A stretch of DNA of 64,000 bases, from assembly GCA_016839945.1 (NCBI GenBank), contig JAEOTE010000108.1:14365-78364 (forward strand). Direction: 5' to 3'. The position numbers and the translations under genes were made by a program. Below are positions 30,027 through 39,237 of the stretch, one piece after another. Each line of letters starts with the position of its first letter. Positions within the stretch are counted from its first letter, which is position 1. The stretch is from Candidatus Heimdallarchaeota archaeon (lineage in GTDB: Archaea; Asgardarchaeota; Heimdallarchaeia; Heimdallarchaeales; Heimdallarchaeaceae). A model generated the notes under the pieces. That model worked only from the letters and a program-made list of their open reading frames with translations, had not been told where the DNA came from and ran no database searches.

Positions 30027-31006
30027 ACCTGGAGTTTATCACTTCCAAAATAAATTTCGTAAGAATGATTTTCGATTAGTGGATTAGAGAGAATATCTCT
30101 ACTAATTTTCTCAATTTTTTCTTGTAATGCAAAAGATGGAGTTTCTGAGAACAATAAAAATGAGCTTTTACCCACCCTTACATCTTCAATATTTTTGAAT
30201 TCTTTTCGTTTTAATGATCTTAATGTTACTTCTCCAGCGGGATCTAAAACAGATTCTTTCAATTTTATAATTACTCTAACAGACGATTTCAAATGTAGAG
30301 GAGGAAGAGATTTTATTTGTTCTAATCTTTCTTGAATGTCTTTATAATGAATAATCACATCTCCAAGATTTTGACGATATCTATCTTTATCCTTTATTTC
30401 ACCTGATTCTTTTTCCCATAACCTCATTGTATCAGCTGAAATTTCATCAGCAATTACTATTCTTCCATTAGATGTTTTTCCAAATTCTAGTTTAAAATCA
30501 ACTAATATTAATGATATAGACTCAAATATTTTTCTTAGAGTTTCGTTAACTGCACGTGTAATTGCTTCAAGTAAAATTGCTTCTTTCTTTTCAATCATTC
30601 CTAAAACAATTGCTACGTCTGATGTTATTAATGGATCATGAAGCTCATCATCTTTTACAAAAAACTCTATTAACGGTACATCAAATTCTATTCCTTTATT
30701 TAATCCATATCTTTTACATAGACTCCCAGCGGAATAGTTTCTACAAACAACTTCGACCGGTAGTATTTCTACTCTTTTGCACATGAGTTCAGTATCAGTT
30801 AATTTCTTGATAAAGTGAGTTTCAAAACCATAATCATTTAGAATTTCGAAGAGCTTTGTTGATATCAAGCAATTAATTTTTCCTTTATCAGTTATTTCCT
30901 CTTTTTTAATTCCATCAAATGCAGATATTGAATCCCTGAAGACAATTTTCACACTATCTTCATCTACTTCAATAACATCTTTTGCCTTGCCAGAGTATAC
31001 AACCAT
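30023..31006 (-). CDS. purC: SAICAR synthetase fused to a C-terminal PurS domain
   Basis: Residues 1-235 are PurC-like (SGKAKDV..., DFKLEFG). Residues ~240-325 are PurS-like (VRVIIKLKESVLDPAGEVTLRSLK...ILSNPLIENHSYEI). Confidence 0.85.
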   Translation of the reverse strand: MVVYSGKAKDVIEVDEDSVKIVFRDSISAFDGIKKEEITDKGKINCLISTKLFEILNDYGFETHFIKKLTDTELMCKRVEILPVEVVCRNYSAGSLCKRYGLNKGIEFDVPLIEFFVKDDELHDPLITSDVAIVLGMIEKKEAILLEAITRAVNETLRKIFESISLILVDFKLEFGKTSNGRIVIADEISADTMRLWEKESGEIKDKDRYRQNLGDVIIHYKDIQERLEQIKSLPPLHLKSSVRVIIKLKESVLDPAGEVTLRSLKRKEFKNIEDVRVGKSSFLLFSETPSFALQEKIEKISRDILSNPLIENHSYEIYFGSDKLQV

Positions 31007-31219
31007 TCAAACACCAATTTACATTGTTTTGCAAACTGTTGATATATGTTTTCTGCGAGCATTTCATAAATCACTTAATAAACTTTACTAATCTATAAAA
31101 ACCTAAAATGATTTAGGGAGACTACAATAATTGACAGCTTTGTGCATTTGACTATTCCATTTTTGTTTTCAAATTGCATAATATTGCAAAATTTTATATA
31201 AGCTATATTAATTTTACAA
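31007..31219. promoter_or_regulatory. Divergent promoter region between the pur operon and the PurR-like regulator operon
   Basis: TTTTATATA at 31192-31200 lies ~25 nt before the GTG/ATG at 31220/31223, suggesting a leaderless-type transcript. ATATAT at 31042-31048 lies ~40 nt before the minus-strand purC ATG. TTGCAA-core motifs at 31028-31035, 31173-31178 and 31183-31189. Confidence 0.4.
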
Positions 31220-32002
31220 GTGATGAGTTCAGCAGAAAGCTATATTGATGCTCAAGAAAAATTAATGACTCTGAATTTGTTAAAAATGGCATTTAAGAAA
31301 TTTGAAACACTGGAAACTTTTCGCAGTTACCTTTCCGGCAAAGGAGTCGAAATATCTGTAGCAAATTTATCTAGGTACATAAATGGAAAAGCTCTTCCAA
31401 AATCTAAACTTAAAAATGAGCTATTAAAAATACTTGTTGAAAATAAAGATTTAGGGTTAACAATTAGTCAGCTAATAAAAGAACACATAGATATTTGGAC
31501 TAATGAAGATGGAAGAATTGCTGTAACTAATACATATTTACTTAATGATTCTAAAACATTGAAAGCAATTCTCTTCTTGGCAATATATCGTAATATCATA
31601 CCTAGAGAAGTTGACAAAGTCATCACTGCAGAAGTTGATGGAATTCCAATAGCAATGACATTAGCTCATTTATTAAACATTGATTGTGTTTATGCACGTA
31701 GGAAGAAACCTCTTGGATCTACTAGCATAATAGGAGAAGATATCCAATCTACAAGTTCTGGAAGATTAGAAACTATTTATTTTCCAGACAATTTTATCCG
31801 TCAAAGAGAGAGAGTCTTAATTGTTGACGATATTATAAGATCTGGTTCAACACAAAAAGCTTTAGTAAACTTGGTTCGTAAAACAGGGGGTATTCCTGCA
31901 AAAATAATCATCTTAACAGGAATTGGTGCCCATTGGAAGAATATTACAGAACTAGATACAATTCCTTTCAAAGTTTTAAAAACACTATCTGATGAAAACT
32001 GA
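31220..32002 (+). CDS. Bacillus-PurR-like regulator: N-terminal HTH plus C-terminal PRTase-fold sensor domain
   Basis: HTH-like segment ISVANLSRYINGKALP. The C-terminal half resembles B. subtilis PurR as I recall it (VITAEVDGIPIAMTLAHLLNIDCVYARRKK, STSSGRLETIYF, VLIVDDIIRSGSTQ). Confidence 0.65.
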   Translation: MMSSAESYIDAQEKLMTLNLLKMAFKKFETLETFRSYLSGKGVEISVANLSRYINGKALPKSKLKNELLKILVENKDLGLTISQLIKEHIDIWTNEDGRIAVTNTYLLNDSKTLKAILFLAIYRNIIPREVDKVITAEVDGIPIAMTLAHLLNIDCVYARRKKPLGSTSIIGEDIQSTSSGRLETIYFPDNFIRQRERVLIVDDIIRSGSTQKALVNLVRKTGGIPAKIIILTGIGAHWKNITELDTIPFKVLKTLSDEN

Positions 32003-32011
32003 CAAGAATTA

Positions 32012-33106
32012 TTGGTGAATTTAATGATACAAAATACAATCCAACAATACAATCTTGAGGATATAACAATAGGAGTGTTAGCTTCTCATTCAGCTTTGGA
32101 TGTTCTAGATGGAGCAAAGAGAGTAGGTTTCAAAACACTAGCTATTTGTGAAAAAGGTAGAGAAGAACCTTACACACGATTTCAGAGAATCATTGATGAG
32201 ATGATTGTATTAGAGAAATTTTCTGATATATTTGGTATTCAAGACGATATGAAAAAGAAAAATTGCATTTTTGTTCCCAATCGTTCTTTTGTTGTATATT
32301 GCGGTTTTGATCGAATAGAAAATGAATTCGAAATACCAATGTTTGGGAGTAGATCATTGCTTAAAGTTGAAGAAAGAACAGGAGAAAATAATTATTACAA
32401 AATATTAGATGAAGCGAAGATAAGATATCCTAGAGTATATAATTCTTCTAAAGAAATAGACGGTCCAGTAATGTGCAAAATCCCACATGCTAAACAGAGA
32501 GTAGAAAGAGGTTTCTTTATTGCAAAAAACCAAGACGAGTTTGATAGAGAATTAAGAAAGAGAATAGAGAGTGGAACAATTTTAGAAGAAGATCTTAAGG
32601 AAGCTTCTATTGAAGAATATATCACAGGTGTCCCATTTAATTTTAATCTATTCTTTTCTCCAGTTTATGAAAGAAATGAGCTTCTTGGAATTGACAGAAG
32701 GTTTGTTACAGATTTAGATGGAATTGTTAGAATACCTGCAAATCAACAACTAAAATTAGATTTGGAAGAAGAGATGAAGGAAATTGGTAATTATGCCGTT
32801 ACTCTTCGTGAATCTATGCTTAAGCATGTCTTTCCGATGGGAGATAATTTTGTTCAAGCAACAAAATCACTTTATCCTCCTGGTATTATTGGACCTTTTG
32901 CATTGCAAACTATGATTACTAAAAACTATGAGTTTATTGTATTTGATGTTTCTATGCGGATGGGAGGAGGAACCAACAGTTTCATGGGTATCGGTAGTCA
33001 ATATTCAGCTGTTTATTGGGGAGAGCCAGTTTCAGCAGGAAAGAGAGTTAGTATGGAAATTCAAGAAGCAATTAAAGAAAGAAAATTGCATCAAATAGTT
33101 ACATAA
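32012..33106 (+). CDS. purP: 5-formaminoimidazole-4-carboxamide ribonucleotide (FAICAR) synthetase, ATP-grasp
   Basis: Archaeal PurP-family N-terminus GVLASHSALDVLDGAK and ATP-grasp core. ATG at 32024 is a possible alternative start. Confidence 0.8.
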   Translation: MVNLMIQNTIQQYNLEDITIGVLASHSALDVLDGAKRVGFKTLAICEKGREEPYTRFQRIIDEMIVLEKFSDIFGIQDDMKKKNCIFVPNRSFVVYCGFDRIENEFEIPMFGSRSLLKVEERTGENNYYKILDEAKIRYPRVYNSSKEIDGPVMCKIPHAKQRVERGFFIAKNQDEFDRELRKRIESGTILEEDLKEASIEEYITGVPFNFNLFFSPVYERNELLGIDRRFVTDLDGIVRIPANQQLKLDLEEEMKEIGNYAVTLRESMLKHVFPMGDNFVQATKSLYPPGIIGPFALQTMITKNYEFIVFDVSMRMGGGTNSFMGIGSQYSAVYWGEPVSAGKRVSMEIQEAIKERKLHQIVT

Positions 33107-33129
33107 TTTGAAATGTGAAGTGAGATAAA

Positions 33130-34125
33130 TTGATAATATCAACAATAGGTAGTCATTCAGCTTTGCAAATCCTTTTTGGAGCAAAACAAGAGGGATTAAA
33201 CACAAAGATTTACTGCTTGAAAGGTAGGCAGAAAATTTATGAAGATTATAAAGTTACAAAGCAAATTGTACTTCTTGATTCTTATGAAGAATTATTAGAA
33301 ATGCAACCTGAAGTAAATGAGATTTTCATCCCTCATGGAACTCTAATTGCCACGTTAAATGAGAAAGTTACAGAAGTCTCTCTTCCTATTTTTGGAAATA
33401 GAGATTCTATGCTCTGGGAGATGAACAGAGAGAAAAATCACCAACTCCTTGAAAAAGCGGGAATAAGAACACCAAAATCCTATAAAATTGACGAGATAGA
33501 TCGTCTTTGTATTGTAAAATTTCCAGGAGCAAAAGGAGGAGATGGATACTTTCTATGCTCTTCTCCTTCAGAATATGAGGAGAAACTATCAGTTCTAATA
33601 AATCAAGGTAAGATTCAAAAAGAAGAAGTGTTAGGAGCTCAAATTCAGGAGTATATTGCAGGAGTTACAATGTATCCTCATTACTTTAATTCTATAATTT
33701 ACGATCGCGTTGAGATGTTAGGAATAGATAGAAGATATGAAACAAACGCAGATGCACTAGGAAGACTTTCTCAGGAGAAGTTAGACATTGGTCTTTCATA
33801 CAAAGTAGTAGGTAATCAACCATTGATAATTAGGGAATCATTACTTCCAAGGATTATTGAATATGGAGAAAATCTATTAACTGCATCAAAAGAACTCTTT
33901 TCTCCAGGATTGATAGGACCCTATTGTATAGAACTAGCCATAACTCCTGATGAAATTATAGCTTTTGAATTCACAAGTAGAATTGTAGCAGGTACTAGTT
34001 TGTATGTTAACGGTTCTCCTTATTCGAAGATTCTTTTCAATGAAGAGATGAGTATGGCTCGAAGGATTGCTAGAGAAATCAAAATGGCAATGGGGCAAAG
34101 AAGGTTAGATGAATTAATATCATGA
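33130..34125 (+). CDS. PurP paralogue (ATP-grasp, FAICAR synthetase family)
   Basis: Clear paralogue of the preceding gene (STIGSHSALQILFGAK...). TTG start with no nearby in-frame ATG. Confidence 0.75.
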   Translation: MIISTIGSHSALQILFGAKQEGLNTKIYCLKGRQKIYEDYKVTKQIVLLDSYEELLEMQPEVNEIFIPHGTLIATLNEKVTEVSLPIFGNRDSMLWEMNREKNHQLLEKAGIRTPKSYKIDEIDRLCIVKFPGAKGGDGYFLCSSPSEYEEKLSVLINQGKIQKEEVLGAQIQEYIAGVTMYPHYFNSIIYDRVEMLGIDRRYETNADALGRLSQEKLDIGLSYKVVGNQPLIIRESLLPRIIEYGENLLTASKELFSPGLIGPYCIELAITPDEIIAFEFTSRIVAGTSLYVNGSPYSKILFNEEMSMARRIAREIKMAMGQRRLDELIS

Positions 34126-34141
34126 GACAATAGGTGGAAGA

Positions 34142-35650
34142 ATGGATAAGATTGGAATTTTTGATTTTGGGGGTCAGTATTGCCATCTAATAGCTAGAAG
34201 GATCAGAGATCTAGGAGTCTATTCAGACATTATTTATGAACCGAGTGAGGGATACAAAGGATTTATTCTTTCTGGAGGTCCTGGAGATGTTTATAGCGAA
34301 GAATCTCCAAAATTGCCTAATAACTTCTTTCAGGATGTCAATATTCCAGTTTTAGGTATATGTTACGGTCATCAAATGATTGCTCAAGCTTTTGGTGGAA
34401 AAGTAGAAAGAGGAAAAGAGAGGGAATATGGAAAGAAAATAGCAAAGATAAATACATCTTCAGAATTGTTCAAAAATCTTAAGGAAGAAGAACAGGTCTG
34501 GATGTCACATTTTGACCAAGTAACTAAATTACCTGAAGACTTTGAAAACATTGGAGAAACTGACATCTGTTTAAACGCTGCATATCAAAACAAAAGCAAG
34601 AACGTATTTGGAGTTCAATTCCATCCGGAGGTTATTCATACACCAAGTGGAGATAAAGTACTAGATAATTTTATCAAGATAACTGGAAGCAAAAGAGATT
34701 GGAAGCTTGAAGGATGGATTGAAGAAAAGATAACTCACTTAAAGGAGAATATAGGTGATAAGAGCATTATAATGGCTGTAAGCGGGGGTGTTGATAGCAC
34801 AGTTGCAGCTGTTCTATTGTCTAAAGCAGGAGTTAATACTCATTTTATTTACGTTGATACAGGTTTAATGAGACTTAGTGAAACTGAAGAAGTGTCAAAT
34901 ATCTTTCAAGATTTACAGATTAAAAATTTTCATGTAGTTTATTCAGAAGAAAGGTTTCTCTCTGCTCTGAAGGATGTAACAAATCCTGAAGAAAAGAGAG
35001 TTATAATTGGTAACTTGTTTATTAAAATATTTGAAGAAAAAGCGAAAGAATTAGGAAATTTCAGCTATTTAGGTCAGGGAACTATTTATCCAGATCGAAT
35101 AGAGAGTGCTCAACCAAGTAAACTTGCGAATGTTATTAAAACACATCACAACGTTGGTGGATTACCAGAAAGAATGAATCTGGATTTAATAGAACCTCTT
35201 AATGAATTATACAAAGATGAAGTAAGAAAAATTGGTAACATGTTGGGATTACCAAAAAGGTTCATTAAAAGACATCCATTCCCAGGACCCGCTTTAGCAA
35301 TAAGAATACTCGGTGAAGTAACCAAAGAAAGATTGGAGATATTAAGAAAAGCTGATGCTATTGTTACAGAAATCATTGAAAAAAACGATTTATATGATAA
35401 TCTGTGGCAAGTTTTTCCTGCACTTATACCTGTGAAATCAGTTGGTGTTATGGGGGATAAAAGAACATATGAATATATGTTAGCAATAAGAGCTGTTGAA
35501 TCAATTGATGCTATGACTGCAGATTGGAGTAAAATACCTTATAGTGTATTAGAAGATATTTCCAATCAAATTGTTAACAAAGTTTCTGGAGTTAATAGAG
35601 TTTTATACGATATCACTAGCAAACCACCAGGAACAATTGAATATGAATAA
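34142..35650 (+). CDS. guaA: GMP synthase (glutamine-hydrolysing), full-length fused form
   Basis: GATase GICYGHQ, ATP-PPase P-loop SGGVDSTV, C-terminal PPGTIEYE. Confidence 0.95.
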   Translation: MDKIGIFDFGGQYCHLIARRIRDLGVYSDIIYEPSEGYKGFILSGGPGDVYSEESPKLPNNFFQDVNIPVLGICYGHQMIAQAFGGKVERGKEREYGKKIAKINTSSELFKNLKEEEQVWMSHFDQVTKLPEDFENIGETDICLNAAYQNKSKNVFGVQFHPEVIHTPSGDKVLDNFIKITGSKRDWKLEGWIEEKITHLKENIGDKSIIMAVSGGVDSTVAAVLLSKAGVNTHFIYVDTGLMRLSETEEVSNIFQDLQIKNFHVVYSEERFLSALKDVTNPEEKRVIIGNLFIKIFEEKAKELGNFSYLGQGTIYPDRIESAQPSKLANVIKTHHNVGGLPERMNLDLIEPLNELYKDEVRKIGNMLGLPKRFIKRHPFPGPALAIRILGEVTKERLEILRKADAIVTEIIEKNDLYDNLWQVFPALIPVKSVGVMGDKRTYEYMLAIRAVESIDAMTADWSKIPYSVLEDISNQIVNKVSGVNRVLYDITSKPPGTIEYE

Positions 35651-35683
35651 TAAAATTGAAGTAGAAAAATAGGAGTAAAACAA

Positions 35684-36283
35684 ATGAATGTGACTGTAAA
35701 AGGATTGACTGAACTACTAATAAAGAACAATATTCTCAAATTTGGGGAATTCACACTAAAATCTGGAAAAAAATCATGGTTTTATATTGATTTAAGATTA
35801 ATTCCCTCATTTCCTGAGACTTTTAGTTATGTCATAGGTTGCTATACTAAGCTACTAAAGGAAATAGATCATTTTGATGCTCTTGCAGGTGTAGCTGTGG
35901 GAGGAATCCCATTTTCGTCAGTTTTAGGATATGAATTCAAGGTTCCATCACTTATTGTAAGAACACAATCCAAAGAACATGGTTTGAAAAAATTAGTTGA
36001 AGGACATGTAAAACAAGATTCTAGGGTTGTTTTAGTAGACGATTTAGTAACAACTGGATCAAGTAAAATACCCGGAATAATTGCTTTAAGAGAATCTAAT
36101 TTTAAAGTAGATGAGATAATTGTTCTGGTTGATAGAAGTCAAGGAGATTTAGGAGAACTAAATGAACTAGATATCAATCTTATTTCATTTTGTACGATAG
36201 AAGAAATATTCAAAGCTGCTTTAAAATTGAGCGAAAATTTAGTTTCAAAAGATACAAAAGAAATCATTTCATCTAATCTTTAA
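35684..36283 (+). CDS. pyrE: Orotate phosphoribosyltransferase
   Basis: PRPP-binding loop VVLVDDLVTTGSS. 199 aa. Confidence 0.85.
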   Translation: MNVTVKGLTELLIKNNILKFGEFTLKSGKKSWFYIDLRLIPSFPETFSYVIGCYTKLLKEIDHFDALAGVAVGGIPFSSVLGYEFKVPSLIVRTQSKEHGLKKLVEGHVKQDSRVVLVDDLVTTGSSKIPGIIALRESNFKVDEIIVLVDRSQGDLGELNELDINLISFCTIEEIFKAALKLSENLVSKDTKEIISSNL

Positions 36284-37103
36284 CAGTTTCTGTTCCATAT
36301 TTTAGATTTGAAATCTCGTTTAATTGATTGTTTAATATATCTCGATATTTTTGAGCTTCGATTATTGGATTTTCTGAATAAATGATTGCTCTCCCAACAT
36401 TCACTAGAGATTTTCTTTCAAAATGATAAAGAACTTTCTTAGCACTGCCACCCTGAGCCCCTACTCCAGGAATCAATGCAATTTTATTTTTTCCAAGTGT
36501 TGTATGAAGTTCTGATACTTCTTCAGAAGTAATATGTTCTGTTGCTCCAATAACATTTCCATCTGAATTAGCAGAATTACATAACTCAGCGATATAGAGA
36601 TAGAGTGGTTTGTCCTCAATTATTGCTTGCTTTTGATATTCAGCTTCAGGATTTGACATAAGAGTTAAGACAAAAATACCTAATTCCTTTTTATGAGCAT
36701 ATTGAGTTGCTTCTTGTACATTTCCAGCAAATGGAGAAAATGTAAAAGCATCAAAGCTTTCTTCTTTAATCCAAAAAATAGCTGATATATTTGATGACCC
36801 AATATCAGATAATTTATGATCTACAATTGAAAGCATATTATTTTGATGTATATGAATATTAATTGCTCTTATCTCGTCAATAGTTAAACCAATCAGATAT
36901 TGTCTATTCATTTTAATTGCACTAGCATAAGGAGCAACATCAGAAACAATATTTCTCATAAAATCAAGTCTATCTTCTGTCTGGATTACATTTTTACTTC
37001 TCTGACTTGGAATTGCCGGATCAATCCCAACACAAAGAGTACTGTTTTTTGTTTTAGAGATGTCAAGATATTTCTTAACGAATATAGTATTTAGTTCAGA
37101 CAC
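36273..37103 (-). CDS. pyrF: Orotidine 5'-phosphate decarboxylase
   Basis: LCVGIDP and VDHKLSDIGSS motifs. GTG start; the next in-frame Met would delete conserved residues. The 3' end overlaps the pyrE 3' end by 11 nt (convergent). Confidence 0.85.
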   Translation of the reverse strand: MSELNTIFVKKYLDISKTKNSTLCVGIDPAIPSQRSKNVIQTEDRLDFMRNIVSDVAPYASAIKMNRQYLIGLTIDEIRAINIHIHQNNMLSIVDHKLSDIGSSNISAIFWIKEESFDAFTFSPFAGNVQEATQYAHKKELGIFVLTLMSNPEAEYQKQAIIEDKPLYLYIAELCNSANSDGNVIGATEHITSEEVSELHTTLGKNKIALIPGVGAQGGSAKKVLYHFERKSLVNVGRAIIYSENPIIEAQKYRDILNNQLNEISNLKYGTETVKD

Positions 37104-37169
37104 AAAATATGATTATTTGATCCTTATTTAACACTTCTTTTGGTACTATTCAGAGAGCTAAAAGAATTT

Positions 37170-38384
37170 TCACTGTATTAAAGCTAAATTACCATTTTTA
37201 ACAACATATAGTATGTCACCCATTAGTGAGTGATTGACATAAGGAGACCATTTGGACTTTGTTTTAATATTCTCACTCCTCAAGTCGTAAGGTTTAGTTT
37301 TATCTATTACAATGAAGTTGGCAGTAGAGATGTCTGTTTCTTCTATATCAAATAATTTGTATGGGAAGATGTGTATAGCTTCTATTGCTCTCTCCCATTC
37401 TAAATCATCAATAGTAACCAGATTTATCAAAGAAGGCAACAATTCTTGTACTCCAGGCATCCCACTTAGATTTTTCTCTTCTTTTTCTTGAAGAGAATGA
37501 GGTGAATGATCAGAGCTAATCATATCAATAACTCCTGTAGCTAAAGCTTGAGTTAAATGAATTCTATCTGTGGTATTGCGTAAAGGAGGACTAACTCTCT
37601 TCATATATTCAGGTAAATCTGTATTCTGATCAAAATAGAGATATCTTGGACAGGTGTCAATTGTTAAATTATCTGTTTTTACCACTTCTAAGAGTTTTAA
37701 CGATAGAGAACTACTCAAATGAGTTATGTGAAATTTTAAATTACTAAATTCTTGAGCCCAGAGAGAGATTTTTTGAATTGCTTCAGCTTCTGCTTCAGGA
37801 GGTCTTTGTTTATGAAAGGTCTTTTCATCTTTGCATTGATTTAAAATCTCAGGATCTTCAGCGTGGAAGAAAATAGGTTTCGAACTTTCAATTTTTTCCA
37901 ATAAAGTAAGAGAGGAAAAAATACTATCTTCACTAACCATTAGTTTTCCAAAAGATTCAGCCATAAATATCTTATATGCATCACAGTGATTGTCAATTTG
38001 TTCTATTTCTTGTAAATTATTGTTTGTTATTGCAGCTGCAATTAGTATATCGACCCATTTCTGCTTTTTTGCAAAAGCTTTTTTCTGCAAAATCCTTTCA
38101 ACTGAATCAGTTATTGGTCTAGTATTTGGCATGTCTAGTACTTTAGTTATACCACCATAAATTGCAGCTAAAGAACCTGAAATCATGTTTTCTTTATATT
38201 CATATCCAGGTTCTCTGAAATGAACATGAATATCCATTCCAGGTGGAATTCCTAAGAAAGATGAGCAATCAATTTTTTTCACATTTTTTTCAAGAAGATC
38301 TTCTGAATCTGAAACCTGAATGTCTCTTGTAACAAAATTCCTTTTCTCTATATCCCAAATCTTCAAATTGGTAAATAATACCAT
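37170..38384 (-). CDS. pyrC: Dihydroorotase
   Basis: Amidohydrolase HxH motif DIHVHFREPG. 404 aa. Pyrimidine gene context. Confidence 0.85.
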   Translation of the reverse strand: MVLFTNLKIWDIEKRNFVTRDIQVSDSEDLLEKNVKKIDCSSFLGIPPGMDIHVHFREPGYEYKENMISGSLAAIYGGITKVLDMPNTRPITDSVERILQKKAFAKKQKWVDILIAAAITNNNLQEIEQIDNHCDAYKIFMAESFGKLMVSEDSIFSSLTLLEKIESSKPIFFHAEDPEILNQCKDEKTFHKQRPPEAEAEAIQKISLWAQEFSNLKFHITHLSSSLSLKLLEVVKTDNLTIDTCPRYLYFDQNTDLPEYMKRVSPPLRNTTDRIHLTQALATGVIDMISSDHSPHSLQEKEEKNLSGMPGVQELLPSLINLVTIDDLEWERAIEAIHIFPYKLFDIEETDISTANFIVIDKTKPYDLRSENIKTKSKWSPYVNHSLMGDILYVVKNGNLALIQ

Positions 38385-38385
38385 T

Positions 38386-39237
38386 TTAAATCCTCTGTTT
38401 TTCTCCAGTATCTAATCTTCGATAAACACCAAAGTCACTAATTTGTTCTAGTTGTTTTGTGTTAAACACAGGACCGTCAACACAAATACGCCATCCAGTA
38501 GGATCAACAGCACAATAAGAACAGATTCCGAATCCACAGCGCATATATCTGTCTGCTAAACTCATTTGCATATCAATAACGTTTTCATATTTCTTTCCTA
38601 TATCAAAGATAACCTTCATCATTCTTTCTGGTCCTGCAACATATAATACTGAAGGTGTTTCAGATTCTTCTAGAAACTTCTCTAATGCTACTGTTGGAAA
38701 TCCTTTATACCCAAATGAGCCATCATCAGTGCATACATTGAATATTATTTGGTCTTTCTCATGTAAATTCTGCAACCAGTCTAAATACATTAACTTGCTT
38801 TTTGTCCTTGCCCCTTCAAAAATCTGAATGCTTAAGTTATCATCTCTTTCTATCAAATTCTTTGTTAGAAATTTCAAAGGAGTCATTCCAAATCCTCCCC
38901 CAATAAGTAAGTGATTGATATTTTTTGGAGTTTGAAATGATTTTCCGTAGAATCCTCGAATTCCAACAAAGTCTCCTATATTTTTTGCTAACATTGCTGT
39001 AGTTCCTGGGCCCATTTTTGCTATTCCTAATTCTAGTACATCATTCTCGTATCCTGCTACTCCAACAGGAAATTCATCAACTCCTGGAACCCAAAGCATA
39101 ACAAATTGACCAGGTTTCGCTGTTTTGTTTTTTACTGGTAGATCTATTAGAAAATTGTATGTATCATCACATTCCTCTTGTTTATCTATTATTTTCCCCA
39201 TTAATGGTTTAGAGTTTGCTAATGTTTGTTTCTTCAT
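38386..39237 (-). CDS. pyrK: Dihydroorotate dehydrogenase electron-transfer subunit
   Basis: Ferredoxin-reductase-like fold plus C-terminal 2Fe-2S Cys cluster CGFGICSYCAV. Coupled to pyrD. Confidence 0.85.
   Translation of the reverse strand: MKKQTLANSKPLMGKIIDKQEECDDTYNFLIDLPVKNKTAKPGQFVMLWVPGVDEFPVGVAGYENDVLELGIAKMGPGTTAMLAKNIGDFVGIRGFYGKSFQTPKNINHLLIGGGFGMTPLKFLTKNLIERDDNLSIQIFEGARTKSKLMYLDWLQNLHEKDQIIFNVCTDDGSFGYKGFPTVALEKFLEESETPSVLYVAGPERMMKVIFDIGKKYENVIDMQMSLADRYMRCGFGICSYCAVDPTGWRICVDGPVFNTKQLEQISDFGVYRRLDTGEKQRI

Noticed and set aside
31007-31219. Search for a purine/ZTP/PRPP-type riboswitch in the pur leaders.
   Set aside because: The region is almost entirely A/T and lacks the GC-containing helices and conserved cores of those riboswitch classes. 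The predicted 5' UTRs are only ~0-15 nt.
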